Origin: Ignavibacteriota bacterium
Lineage (GTDB): Bacteria; Bacteroidota; Ignavibacteria; UBA10030
Direction: 5' to 3'
Length of the DNA stretch: 64,000 nucleotides
NCBI GenBank assembly: GCA_963778945.1
Contig: CAVZWL010000019.1
Span: 128,082-192,081, forward strand
Shown: piece after piece, positions 1 through 10,174 of the stretch
Numbering within the stretch: the first letter of the stretch is position 1
Layout: the number at the start of each line of letters is the position of its first letter
The notes under the pieces: model-generated
Told to the model about the DNA's origin: nothing
Databases searched by the model: none
What the model saw: the letters and a program-made list of their open reading frames with translations, nothing else
Position numbers and translations under genes: made by a program

Positions 1-180
1 ATTTTTTGATCGGTTTTTTCCATAATGCCTATTTTTAAAGCTTATAATGGGCTGCTTTTAAATGTATATCAATTCTTCTTTTATGCTGCAATCATGTAGC
101 ATCTATATCAGATTAGTAAAAATTACAAACGAGAGAAAGTGCCCGAAAAAATGCTCCTTCTGGATACCCTAATCGGGTGA

Positions 181-209
181 TTGACAAAGACTTGAAAAGG
201 ATGTAATTG
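181..209 (+). promoter_or_regulatory. putative promoter upstream of receiver-domain gene
   Basis: TTGACA at 181-186, 17-nt spacer, TAATTG at 204-209 preceded by TG. Lies ~155 nt upstream of the ATG at 365. The first 13 nt (TTGACAAAGACTT) are identical to the box at 57249. Confidence 0.3.
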
Positions 210-364
210 TTCTTGTCACTTTTACTGTTTTACATCGAAAAGGATCGCTTTCTGTCATTGCATGGCTCATTCCCGAGGAAGAGGAATGATCGCAAAAAAA
301 TAGCAGAAGGTGAAATCTTTGATAAGTGGATGGCGTCTGGACTGGTTAAGTTTTGAGGTGCAAT

Positions 365-742
365 ATGAAGCAAACCAAGGTTCTTGTAGTCGATGACCAC
401 CAGGATTTTCGGCGCTTTATACTCGATTATTTAAAACGACTGCCGCAGGTCAATGTCGTTGGCGAGGCTGTCAATGGCGATGATGCGATAAAAAAGGCTG
501 AAACATTGTCGCCCGATATGATCCTTATGGATATTGCGATGCCTGGAACAAACGGGATTCAGGCAACACGGATCATCAAGCAGCGTTGGCCGCTTATTAA
601 AGTTTTAATCCAAACAGCGAACGACGATCCGGAGTATAGAACTCAAGCATCGGAAGCGAATGCTGACGGGTTTATTTTGAAGTCCTCCATGAAACTGGGA
701 TTGGATGCTGCATTCGGTATGGTTAAATCCCGCCGTCTTTAA
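365..742 (+). CDS. stand-alone response regulator receiver domain (CheY-like)
   Basis: ORF 353..742; the ATG at 365 gives [12 protein letters not shown]. Has the acidic pocket DD and the phospho-acceptor context [11 protein letters not shown]. No output domain. Confidence 0.85.
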   Translation: MKQTKVLVVDDHQDFRRFILDYLKRLPQVNVVGEAVNGDDAIKKAETLSPDMILMDIAMPGTNGIQATRIIKQRWPLIKVLIQTANDDPEYRTQASEANADGFILKSSMKLGLDAAFGMVKSRRL

Positions 743-768
743 TTGTATTTCTAACCGGCGTTATTTTT

Positions 769-1128
769 ATGCTCACAGAGCTCAAGAAGGTATCACAAAT
801 ACCCGGCGAACCAAAGAGAAGATGGTTTTGCGACGATTATTTTGATTTGATCGTATGGTATTCAAAAGACGATGACATCATTGGGTTCCAGCTTTGCTAC
901 GATAAAGATCAAAATGAACGTGCATTGACCTGGAAGAATTCGTCGGACTATACGCACTATCGCGTTGATGATGGTGAAAGCAGACTCTGTCCTAAAGGAA
1001 TACCTATATTAGTTTCTGATGGAATGTTTGATCATGATGAATTAGTTGATCGATTCTTAAAGGAAAGTTCTGCTATAGAAAAAGGCTTGTCAAAATTTGT
1101 CTATAACAAATTGATCAACTTCAGCTAA
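769..1128 (+). CDS. hypothetical protein, 119 aa, no family recognised
   Basis: ORF starts 27 nt after the receiver gene stop on the same strand. Globular-looking composition (WFCDDYFDLIVW...GFQLCYDK). Confidence 0.5.
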   Translation: MLTELKKVSQIPGEPKRRWFCDDYFDLIVWYSKDDDIIGFQLCYDKDQNERALTWKNSSDYTHYRVDDGESRLCPKGIPILVSDGMFDHDELVDRFLKESSAIEKGLSKFVYNKLINFS

Positions 1129-1168
1129 GCTGTGCAGCCGACAAAACAACCGATCGGGAGACGATACT

Positions 1169-1537
1169 ATGGCGGGCGTCTATGAACTTCAATATCAAGG
1201 TAAAACAATTTTCTGCATGGATATTTCAGGTCTGCAGTCAAAAGATAAACAAGAATTTCAGAATCGTGTCGAACAAGCAAAAGAAATAATCCGGAAGCAT
1301 CCTCCCAAATCGCTTTTGGTCATTACGGAAGTTACAAATACGGGATTTGATGCGGCAGTAGCAGGCCTTATTAAGGATTATGCGCAGCACAATACGCCAT
1401 ATGTGAAAGCCAGTGCCGTAGTTGGAATAGTGGGATGGTCGAAAATTATACTGACCGCCGTAAAGACTGCGACCGGAAGGGACTTTTATTTGGCAAATAC
1501 AATTGAAGAAGCGAAGGAGTGGCTGGTAAAACAATAA
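1169..1537 (+). CDS. small STAS/SpoIIAA-like protein (tentative)
   Basis: 122-aa ORF, third gene in the same-strand trio. The alpha/beta pattern and size resemble STAS-like proteins. Assignment is from pattern only. Confidence 0.45.
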   Translation: MAGVYELQYQGKTIFCMDISGLQSKDKQEFQNRVEQAKEIIRKHPPKSLLVITEVTNTGFDAAVAGLIKDYAQHNTPYVKASAVVGIVGWSKIILTAVKTATGRDFYLANTIEEAKEWLVKQ

Positions 1538-1808
1538 ATTTTGGCCGTGATTGCGGATTGAGATGTGTGTGCCAAACTGCGAACCTGGAATTCCTGCCTT
1601 GTGAAAAGGCATAAACGCAGTAAAACAGAGCTATATGTATCTTTTATGAAAACGGTCTATTTCGCTGTATCATCCAAAACTACAATAAATTAGATTTTGG
1701 TCCTCGAACCTGTTACGCCAAGTCCATTTACAAATACATCATTCATTCAGCATTGATATTTTACGATCCATTCGTATCTGTCTTTACGATTTATTATCGA
1801 GAACTAAG

Positions 1809-2514
1809 TTACAGCCCCGGATTCTCTGCTGCTAATTCCTGGAGATAGGTTCTCGTTTCCGCGGGGATAGATTTCTCCGAATAAGGATTTCCAACAGGGC
1901 TTTTTTTAAATATCGTTTGATAGAGTACACAAGCTGCCAGGTAAGTTCCCTCCAAAGTAGGATGTCCATCCTGACGATACAAAACAAGCTCGGGCTTGCC
2001 ACGAAGAGAACGGGCGAAGGTTAGTCCCGCTGGGGCCACCCTGACGCCCAGTTCCTTTCCAACTGCCGTATAAGCTGCTGCCAAGTTATCCGTTGTGACT
2101 CCCAGGTTTACACTATTGGGCCGTTCCCACGTCATAAGGAGGATGGTCTTTGCACCGCTTCGACGGATTTCTTCGTCGAACTTTCCAGCAAACTCGTAAA
2201 ACATTTTCTGATTAATGACAGGGATTTGGCTTTGTTCTTGTAAAATAACATAGTCCCATTTTCCCTCACGGATGGTTCGAACGGCATTGCCATCAGTCCA
2301 ATGCTTCTCAAGAGTATATCCGCCTATGGCAATACACTCTACTTCGGCTGAAGGAGCCAGACCTTTCAATTGTTGATCGAGACCGCCGTTGAAGAATGTA
2401 AAGCTGTTGCCAATAAACAGGATGCGTGTGGATGCCTGACTGTCGCAGATTTCAAAAGTACAAGAGGATCAGGCAAACGATAAAAATATATCTTTTGAAT
2501 TCGGTTACTTTCAT
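1809..2514 (-). CDS. SGNH/DUF4886-like hydrolase with signal peptide, interrupted by one frameshift
   Basis: Main ORF 1809..2369 extends in frame to ICDSQASTRILFIGNSFTFFNGG. The signal peptide MKVTEFKRYIFIVCLILLYF (2514..2455) is in another frame and stops at TGA 2452-2454 beside an A4/T4 run. Removing one base fuses the two parts. Confidence 0.7.
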
Positions 2515-2931
2515 ATTTTCACATCAAAATTGGAAAGAGGTTTTAAAAAATATTTGAAATATTTATAATTCTATTCTCTGCTCGCTGTTATTTTATTTTG
2601 GCCAGATCAAGCATTCCCAGGAACCATTTAATTGCCAATGATAAGCTAGTATTATTTCATTGTCAAGCTTGGCATCTGTTCAATTGATAGAATGGTGTCA
2701 TAGTCCGATCTTTACATACGTTAAACTTCTAAACAAATCGGATCTTCTTTAAATTACAAATCCATATGTAGTTTCATTTGGCTGAAAAAAGACAATGGAT
2801 TCCACTAGTGAGCGGACACGAAGACATTGAGTGATCAAATGACCCGGAACAATTTACTCTGGATTGTCTAGTGCCGCTTCAATTAAGCAAGATTGTGTTT
2901 TGCCATGCAGAATTCGATTATTTCCGCGGCA

Positions 2932-3192
2932 CTATGCCTCATAGGATACATTATCATTTTTCAGGACTGGCACGAGAATGCTCGGAATGAGTCTCAATGG
3001 CTTGGAAGACAGGCGAGCGGTTCCGCGGTAGAAGGTCGTTAGACCTTTGAAAGCCGATGATCCGTTTTCACGACAAAGAATTGCCTCAGTCCATTTTTGG
3101 CAAAAAAGATTGGCAATGGCGGTTTTGAGACGTGGAATGGCGATAACCGCGTTTCTATCGATAAACCTGCCGGAAAGAAATGGGTTGCACAT
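2932..3192 (-). CDS. orphan 86-codon ORF, possible gene remnant
   Basis: Only stretch of normal GC inside the AT-rich 1.2-kb gap 2515-3694. No recognisable motif and no clear RBS. Confidence 0.15.
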   Translation of the reverse strand: MCNPFLSGRFIDRNAVIAIPRLKTAIANLFCQKWTEAILCRENGSSAFKGLTTFYRGTARLSSKPLRLIPSILVPVLKNDNVSYEA

Positions 3193-3694
3193 GTAACTTT
3201 AGTTATTTACTTTATTGTATGAATAAATATTTATTGAAATGATAAAGCGAGTATTCGGCCAGGGAAAAGGATTCGTTATTTTTAGCAGAAAATATAAATT
3301 TGACGACCGGTTTTTTCTGGCATTCCATATGCCGTGTATCCGAAGGGTTGTTGTGTCAATGATGATATAAGAACAGGACGTATTCCGTAGAAGGCGCGGA
3401 TTGCATAGGGTCCTGAGTTGGTGTGAATCATAAAGGTAATGGTTTGTCATCAGAAACATCTTGGAAGCGTTTTCACATTCTTTTGTGCTGTCTTTGGTCG
3501 CTGTAAGTTTATAATTTCTCATCTATGTTTCTGATCGTATTCGGACGCGATAAACATCATTGCAGTGCTTTTACGCCAAATAAAAATTTCGAAACAATGG
3601 ATGAGCACGAGCGGTTTTTTTGAAGAGCATCCTGCTGCTTTGCTCATTTAATCTAATCTCAAAACTGGTAAACGTATATCGAAGGAGAATCAAC

Positions 3695-6600
3695 ATGACA
3701 ATGAGTAGAGCCTGCTTACGTGCCAAATATGTTGCGATTATTTTTGCAATGTCGGCATTCATTGGTCAATCGCTTTTTGCGGCGGGATCCGGCACTATAA
3801 AGGGGAAAATTTTAGATAAACTGACGGGCGAGCCCCTCATTGGAGCGAATGTCATTATTGCTGGCAGCAGTCTGGGCGGTTCTTCCGATCTCGAGGGCTT
3901 AGTGACCATCCATAATGTACCCGCTGGCGAAAGGACGATAAAAATATCATACGTCGGATATCTGCCGATATCCGAGCAGATCGTTGTTCCGGAAAACGGC
4001 GTCATTGAAAAAGAGTTTCGGCTGACACCTCAGCCTATCCAGGGACAGGAAGTTACGGTAACAGCTCAGGCCCGCGGCCAGAACGAAGCAATTAACCAGC
4101 AGCTTGCATCTACGACCATAACCAACGTAGTTTCTTCAGAGAAGATGAAGGAATTACCGGATGCAAACATAGCTGAATCGATAGGAAGACTGCCGGGTAT
4201 AACGCTGCAAAGGAATGCAGGTGAAGCAAATGCCGTGGTCGTCCGTGGATTGTCTCCGAAGTATAATGAGGTAACGATCGAAGGGGTTCCGATGATTTCG
4301 ACAAATTATCAGGATCGCGGTATCGATTTGAGTTTGATCGGGGACGATTTGGTGAAAGGAGTCGAAGTATCGAAAACATTGCAGCCGAACATGGATGCCG
4401 ATGCTTTAGGCGGAACGGTCAATCTGACTTTAAAGACCGCACAGGAAGGTTTCCATTTTGATGTTCGTGGCAATGGCGGCTATACGAAGTTAAACAATTC
4501 GTATAATAATTATAAAATCGCCGCAACTGTAAGCGATAGATTCTTGAGTGATAAAATCGGACTTCAGGTGCAAGGGAGCGTCGAAGGCAAGCAGCTGCCT
4601 TCGGATCAATTTAATGCATCGTATGCGCTGCCGCAGAGCTACGTTATAAGTCCCGGCGATACAATATGGAATTTGTCTACACAAAATGCGACGACAACAC
4701 AAACTCAAACGACCAGGCATCGCTATAGCATAAGCGCGATCTTGGATTATTCATCGGATCTTGTAGATATTAAATTTTATAATGTCTACGATCAGAAGAG
4801 GGACAGTACGCTGACCAGAAGCAATCAGGACAGGTTTATGTCGAACGATTTTATGAGTCAGATATTTGAAACCGTAACAAAAACCGAACAAAGGACGCAT
4901 TCGATTCAGTTTTTGTTTAAACTCGGGACGACGGAATTGCCGATATCGTTATCCTACACAAAGGGAAATGTGAATACACCAGGCCAGCAATTTGATATTT
5001 ATGGCCAGGAAAATCCCGGCTATGCCACGCTGAAAGTAAGCCAAACTTATTTTACGCAGCCTTCCTCTTTAATGAATTATATGGGATTTCAGCAGCCGCA
5101 ATATTCTTCGCTTCAGACGCCGTATGAGTCTATCGCTATTCTCACAGACGAGGACTATGATGCAAAACTTGATTGGAAAGTTCCGTTTAAGCTGTCGGAT
5201 GACATATCCGGAACTTTATCTGCTGGCGGAAAATATCATAGTGTAAAGCGCACGAACAGCTATGATCAAAGTGCTCTTGCCATCCAATGGGGGGGCACTA
5301 ATGCTGCTCGAACGCTATTCGGCAATTTCGCTGCAAGTATGTTTCCGGGTTTTTCCACAAACTTAACTAATCCACAAGGATTAGATGCGCATAATTTCAC
5401 AGATCCAAATTATACCTCAGGCAATGTTTTAGGATATGCGATCGGACCTCAATATGATATATATAAATTGCTTGCTCTGCAGAATGCCTTTTATCCCGGG
5501 CATAGCAGTATGTATTGGGAAAGTGCCTACACTAACTATGGCCAGGACTATACTGATAAAGAAAACACAAGGGCAGCTTATATTATGGGTGAATTTAATA
5601 TCGGAAGTAGTCTTACGATAGTTCCCGGTGTCCGTTATCAGGAGGAGAGAACGGACATTCAAGCTTATCATATTTATTATAACCCTAATGCTGTCACAGG
5701 TTTGGCGAGCCCTGCTCGTGCGGTGGAATTCACAAGAGATGATCCCAACTGGTTCCCTTCGGTCAATATTAAATATAAAGCAACCGATAATATCCAAATC
5801 TTTGGCGCAGCATATCGAAGTGAATCGCGGCCAAGTTTCATCGACATCTCTCCTTTGGTTGAATTTAACTCTTACAACACTCCGCAAATTGCAGCAGGCA
5901 ACCCATATTTAAAACCGGCTACGGCGACAAATTTAGATCTGGGTGCATCGGTTTTCAACAATGATATAGGGTTATTTACTGTGAACGTGTTTTACAAAGA
6001 AATATCGAATCTCATCTATACAATGGATAACTATCAACCGTTCAACAAGAATATTTTGCCCGGTGCTCCGGCGGATATATTAAGCAGATTGCCGTTAGCA
6101 AGTTCGAACTACTTTGATACCGCATTCGCACAGCAGTTTACCGGCCTCTTAAGCGCAAATATACCGATGAATGATCCTGAAAAAGCTTATCTGAGAGGTA
6201 TAGAATTATCCTGGCAGACGCATTTATGGTATCTGCCGTGGGTCTTGAGCGGAGTCGTTCTCGATCTAAACGTTTCATTCATGAGTTCCCAACAAACGTA
6301 TCCTTATTTTCTCATCGTAAAAGTAGGCAGCGGGATAACGGCGAAAAATGCTCTGCAATATGCAACGACGTCAGGGCCGTTGCAGGACCAGCCGAAGGCA
6401 ACATATAACGCAATATTGGGCTGGGATTATAAAGGATTTAGTGCCAGAGTCTCGTTCAGATATCAGGAGTTGACGCTCACAAACTTAGATACACAGTATC
6501 CGATAAGAAATGCTTATTATGATAATGTGTTCCTGACAGATATCTCGGTGAAGCAGCAAATCTTCGAAAACCTGGCAATCTTTGCTGATGTCACAAATTT

Positions 6601-6727
6601 AAACACACATATTGATAACTATTATCTTAATTATTCCAATGGAAATAACGGTACATCAGGAGCATTGCCGACAAGCCAGCAGACTTACGGAATGGCTGCT
6701 CAATTAGGACTTAGCTTTAATTATTAA
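3695..6727 (+). CDS. TonB-dependent outer-membrane receptor with CarboxypepD_reg-like N-terminal domain
   Basis: GAAGGAG RBS lies 7 nt before ATG 3695. Signal peptide AMSAFIGQSLFAAG, CarboxypepD_reg pattern GTIKGKILDKLTGEPLIGANVII, plug motifs RLPGITLQRNAGE..VVVRGLSPKYNEVTIEGVPM. Long beta-barrel ending in LGLSFNY. Confidence 0.9.
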   Translation: MTMSRACLRAKYVAIIFAMSAFIGQSLFAAGSGTIKGKILDKLTGEPLIGANVIIAGSSLGGSSDLEGLVTIHNVPAGERTIKISYVGYLPISEQIVVPENGVIEKEFRLTPQPIQGQEVTVTAQARGQNEAINQQLASTTITNVVSSEKMKELPDANIAESIGRLPGITLQRNAGEANAVVVRGLSPKYNEVTIEGVPMISTNYQDRGIDLSLIGDDLVKGVEVSKTLQPNMDADALGGTVNLTLKTAQEGFHFDVRGNGGYTKLNNSYNNYKIAATVSDRFLSDKIGLQVQGSVEGKQLPSDQFNASYALPQSYVISPGDTIWNLSTQNATTTQTQTTRHRYSISAILDYSSDLVDIKFYNVYDQKRDSTLTRSNQDRFMSNDFMSQIFETVTKTEQRTHSIQFLFKLGTTELPISLSYTKGNVNTPGQQFDIYGQENPGYATLKVSQTYFTQPSSLMNYMGFQQPQYSSLQTPYESIAILTDEDYDAKLDWKVPFKLSDDISGTLSAGGKYHSVKRTNSYDQSALAIQWGGTNAARTLFGNFAASMFPGFSTNLTNPQGLDAHNFTDPNYTSGNVLGYAIGPQYDIYKLLALQNAFYPGHSSMYWESAYTNYGQDYTDKENTRAAYIMGEFNIGSSLTIVPGVRYQEERTDIQAYHIYYNPNAVTGLASPARAVEFTRDDPNWFPSVNIKYKATDNIQIFGAAYRSESRPSFIDISPLVEFNSYNTPQIAAGNPYLKPATATNLDLGASVFNNDIGLFTVNVFYKEISNLIYTMDNYQPFNKNILPGAPADILSRLPLASSNYFDTAFAQQFTGLLSANIPMNDPEKAYLRGIELSWQTHLWYLPWVLSGVVLDLNVSFMSSQQTYPYFLIVKVGSGITAKNALQYATTSGPLQDQPKATYNAILGWDYKGFSARVSFRYQELTLTNLDTQYPIRNAYYDNVFLTDISVKQQIFENLAIFADVTNLNTHIDNYYLNYSNGNNGTSGALPTSQQTYGMAAQLGLSFNY

Positions 6728-6755
6728 GAAATTCAAAATAATCTTTTAAGGTAAG

Positions 6756-6777
6756 CTCCCCGCTGTATGGCGGGGAG
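6756..6777 (+). terminator. hairpin terminator after the TonB-dependent receptor gene
   Basis: CTCCCCGC / GCGGGGAG 8-bp GC stem with a 6-nt loop, 29 nt after the stop. The T tract is weak. Confidence 0.5.
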
Positions 6778-7144
6778 TCTCAATATCCGTTTCAATGAAT
6801 TGCATTAAGCTTTCCGAGCTTTTTGCCGTTCATTCGAGGTTCAATTTTTTTAATTGAACCGTGAGTAGTCGAATCTATCCGTTCAGATAGATTAATTCTG
6901 CATAATCATGAGAGGATTGCTTCCCGAATGAATCTTCAAAATCCACCACGATAAATTTCAAAATAATAAATTGCCCGGTCCTTCCGCAGGAGAAATCCCG
7001 CGAGACCATAGAACGCGATAAGAGAGGCTCAGAAGGGCGCTCTCATGAATAATTTATGACTTTTGAAAGTCCTTTCAAGAGCAATGCTCGCTCGAAAGAT
7101 CGCCGTCTCCTTCTAAAATATTGCTTTATAACAAAGGGACTCCA

Positions 7145-9226
7145 ATGATACGACGACATTTTTTCTTTGTCTTTCTTGGCTGTTTGATCATGACGCATGT
7201 ATCCTTTCACCGGTCATATGCTCAGGAAGCTCCTCTCAAATGGGGTGAAATCCCAAAGGCCGATCTGGAAATGACATCGTATCCAGCGGATACAAATGCA
7301 TCTGCCCTGATTTTATGCGATTATGGAGAGTCGACTATCGATAAAGATTACAACCTTATCTTCTCCAGACATATGCGTGTTAAGATACTTACGATGAAAG
7401 GATACGATTGGGGTAATCATGCAATCGTGTTGTATACAAAGAAAGATAACGAGAGGATTTATGATATAGAGGGAGCCACATATTCGCTCGATCAACATCA
7501 TGAGACTGTCAAGAATGAGCTCGAGAGCAAGGATATTTTCGAAGAGAAAGTGGATGAAGATTACACCCGTTACAGATTTGCGCTTCCCTCGCTTAAAATC
7601 GGGTCTGTTATTGAATTCAGGTACAAAATTTTAACGCAGAACTTTTGGTTTATTCATGACTGGTGGTTCCAATATTCTGAACCGGCCCGATGGAGCGAGT
7701 ATCGGATACACTCCCCTCAAATAATCGGCTTTATGACGGTTATTAAAAAAAACCAGCCCTTCGAAGTCAAAGAAAATGTAGATGAAAAATGTCAATATTC
7801 TACGCATTCAAGTTTATCCATCGGAAACGACGAGCTTCAATGTTACAGGATACGCCTTGCCATGAAAGATGTCCCGGCTTTGAGGGATGAGCCGTTTACA
7901 ACGACAATGAACGACTACCGCAGTAAGGTCGACGTGCAATTTTCGGGATGGGCATCTATCCGCACGGGAGTGCATGAGGTCATGAACGACTGGAAAAAAT
8001 TAGCGGGAGATTTGCTCAAGAACGATTACTTTGGAGATCGAATCGATGATACTCGCAAGGTGCGAAATCAGACTGGCGCCGTTATCTCAGGACTAACAAC
8101 ACCCGCACAAAAAATGGCTGCAATTTATCATTGGGTCTCCTCTTCTGTCGTCTGGTCGGGGAAAAAAAGCTTGACGGCGGAGCACGAGGTGAACGACGTT
8201 CTGGAATCGAAGACCGGCTCCAGCGCTGAAATCAATTTTCTTCTGCTCTCTATGCTCAAGAGTGCGGGAATCAACGGCGACCCTGTTATCCTCAGCACGC
8301 GCGACAATGGAAAAATTCAGGATTCTTATCCCATCGTTTCGCAATTCAACTACGTCCTGGCAAGAATAACAATAGACTCTCAGGAATACTTCCTCGATGC
8401 GACGGATCCATTGCGGCCGATGGAATTGCTTCCCGCGAATGTCCTGAATGTTAAAGGGTTAGTCGTCAACAACGATTCAATGAAATGGGTCACGCTGGCG
8501 ACTCCAAAACGGAGTATCGTCGCATCGGCTGCATCGATGATAATTCATGGAGATGGTTCGCTCTCGGGAAACATTGATGATGCGTACTCGGAATATGAGG
8601 GTCTTTTTGTCCGGCAGAGTTTACAAAAGAAGAAAGACATCGAAGTTGCCAAAGAAAAATTCGAAACAGAAGCATCCGGAATATCAATCGATTCGCTGGC
8701 GATCGATGGAAAGGACAGCATCAGCCAAGAACTCCGGATTCACTCTTCAATATCGTCTCCGAATTATGCATTGAAGAACGGCGATTTAATCTATTTCAAC
8801 CCTCAGGTCTTGCATCGAGTGAGTGAGAACCCTTTAAAGACAAAAGAGAGAAAGTTTCCCCTTGACTATAGTTATGTCCGTAATATTACTTCCATAATCA
8901 ATATTACTCTTCCTGATAGTTTTAATGTACTCGAGCGAGTGACCAATAAATCGATATCACTTGCCGGCGATGCGGCGGTTTATACCCGGAGAGTTGAAGT
9001 CGATGAACGGAAGATTCAAATCGTTTCCAAATTTGAAATCCGAAAATCTGAAATACGGGCTGAAAACTACGACGATCTCCGTGAATTTTATACACGAGTT
9101 GTTGCTGCAGAGTCGGAACAATTTGTTCTTTCACACATCAAAAAGGCTTCTCTTCCGGCAAAAAGCAACATTCCTGGTCAAAAAAGTCTGAAAAAAGGAC
9201 AGAAAAAAACCGGGGCAGGCGGATAG
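7145..9226 (+). CDS. DUF3857 / transglutaminase-like / DUF3858 secreted protein
   Basis: ATG 7145 gives signal peptide MIRRHFFFVFLGCLIMTHVSF..AQE. N-terminal WGEIPKADLEMTSYPADTNASALILCDYG pattern. Central transglutaminase-like core (YHWVSSSVVW...KTGSSAEINFLLLSMLKSAGI). Confidence 0.75.
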   Translation: MIRRHFFFVFLGCLIMTHVSFHRSYAQEAPLKWGEIPKADLEMTSYPADTNASALILCDYGESTIDKDYNLIFSRHMRVKILTMKGYDWGNHAIVLYTKKDNERIYDIEGATYSLDQHHETVKNELESKDIFEEKVDEDYTRYRFALPSLKIGSVIEFRYKILTQNFWFIHDWWFQYSEPARWSEYRIHSPQIIGFMTVIKKNQPFEVKENVDEKCQYSTHSSLSIGNDELQCYRIRLAMKDVPALRDEPFTTTMNDYRSKVDVQFSGWASIRTGVHEVMNDWKKLAGDLLKNDYFGDRIDDTRKVRNQTGAVISGLTTPAQKMAAIYHWVSSSVVWSGKKSLTAEHEVNDVLESKTGSSAEINFLLLSMLKSAGINGDPVILSTRDNGKIQDSYPIVSQFNYVLARITIDSQEYFLDATDPLRPMELLPANVLNVKGLVVNNDSMKWVTLATPKRSIVASAASMIIHGDGSLSGNIDDAYSEYEGLFVRQSLQKKKDIEVAKEKFETEASGISIDSLAIDGKDSISQELRIHSSISSPNYALKNGDLIYFNPQVLHRVSENPLKTKERKFPLDYSYVRNITSIINITLPDSFNVLERVTNKSISLAGDAAVYTRRVEVDERKIQIVSKFEIRKSEIRAENYDDLREFYTRVVAAESEQFVLSHIKKASLPAKSNIPGQKSLKKGQKKTGAGG

Positions 9227-9314
9227 GCAATGACCAGCGGTTTGTGGAATATTGCACCATTCTACTCTTTGTAATTTGGGAATCGCGAGGCGTGCGCACA
9301 GAGGGGAACAAAAA

Positions 9315-9824
9315 ATGATGAAAACTGAAAATGAGTTTATAAATGTAATTTCTCATCGTTTTATGAAAGCATTTGAACGAATAAAACACGCAGTGAATCA
9401 ACTAGACGATCAGCAGGTATGGTATCGTCCGTCAAGAAATTCGAATAGCATCGGAATAATCATTCAGCATATTTTAGGGAACCTTCATCAATGGGTTTGT
9501 GCGGCAATCGGGGATGACGCATTCCAGCGCAATAGACCGCAAGAATTCATAGAATCGGATATAATTTTGCAAAAGGATATTCTCCTAAAAATAAATGCAT
9601 TAGACAAGAATATCCAAAACGTTATTCTGCGGGTCAAACCGGAGTCTTTGCTTTCTGCCCGGCGTATTCAAGGATATGATGAAACCGTAATGTCTGCATT
9701 ACTTGCATCGCTGACGCATTTAGAATTGCACGGGGGACAAATCACATTCCTTGCAAAACTTATGCTGGATAATAAATATCTATCATATTGGCATCCTCTG
9801 AATAAAGAACAAGGGAAGGATTGA
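9315..9824 (+). CDS. DinB/DUF1572-family four-helix-bundle protein
   Basis: ATG 9315 (MMKTENEF). Motifs QVWYRPSRNSNSIGIIIQHILGNLHQW and LTHLELHGGQITFL are typical of the DinB superfamily. Confidence 0.7.
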   Translation: MMKTENEFINVISHRFMKAFERIKHAVNQLDDQQVWYRPSRNSNSIGIIIQHILGNLHQWVCAAIGDDAFQRNRPQEFIESDIILQKDILLKINALDKNIQNVILRVKPESLLSARRIQGYDETVMSALLASLTHLELHGGQITFLAKLMLDNKYLSYWHPLNKEQGKD

Positions 9825-10174
9825 CATCTAAAAAAAGCATCAGGCAGACGCAATGGTAACAGGAAGCCGATATCGATGGTTTCGGTCTGTTTTCACACAC
9901 CTGGATAATATCATGAGCTCAGTAGAAATCTCTTGCATCTCACTCACAGATGGCATAAATTTTAACTATGAGGGCTGCCGTGCATAAACTCTTTGAGCAG
10001 TATCGTGCAATGCCGGTATCCGGAAATAATTCAGAAGTATTGCCGATTTATAAATACCTATATACGCCGGTGCCGGCATGCTCCAGGGGAGCAGATGAAG
10101 CGCTCAGAATGCCCTGCCATTTTATTTCCCCAAAGAATTCGCAGGGAGTGTAACATCATTTAAAGGATCAAAAC

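Noticed and set aside
3199-3522. 107-aa minus-strand ORF in the AT-rich gap
   Set aside because: N/I/Y/K/L-rich composition is typical of random AT-rich sequence. No RBS and no motif.
3300-3694. Cobalamin or TPP riboswitch expected upstream of a TonB-dependent receptor
   Set aside because: GGTGTGAATCA and CTGAG fragments are present, but the B12 box and the TPP ACCTGATCTGGATAATGCCAGCG core are absent. There is not enough to call a riboswitch.
9968-10153. 61-aa ORF in the DinB-GDSL spacer
   Set aside because: No RBS, no recognisable motif, and at the ORF-track length threshold. Not supportable.
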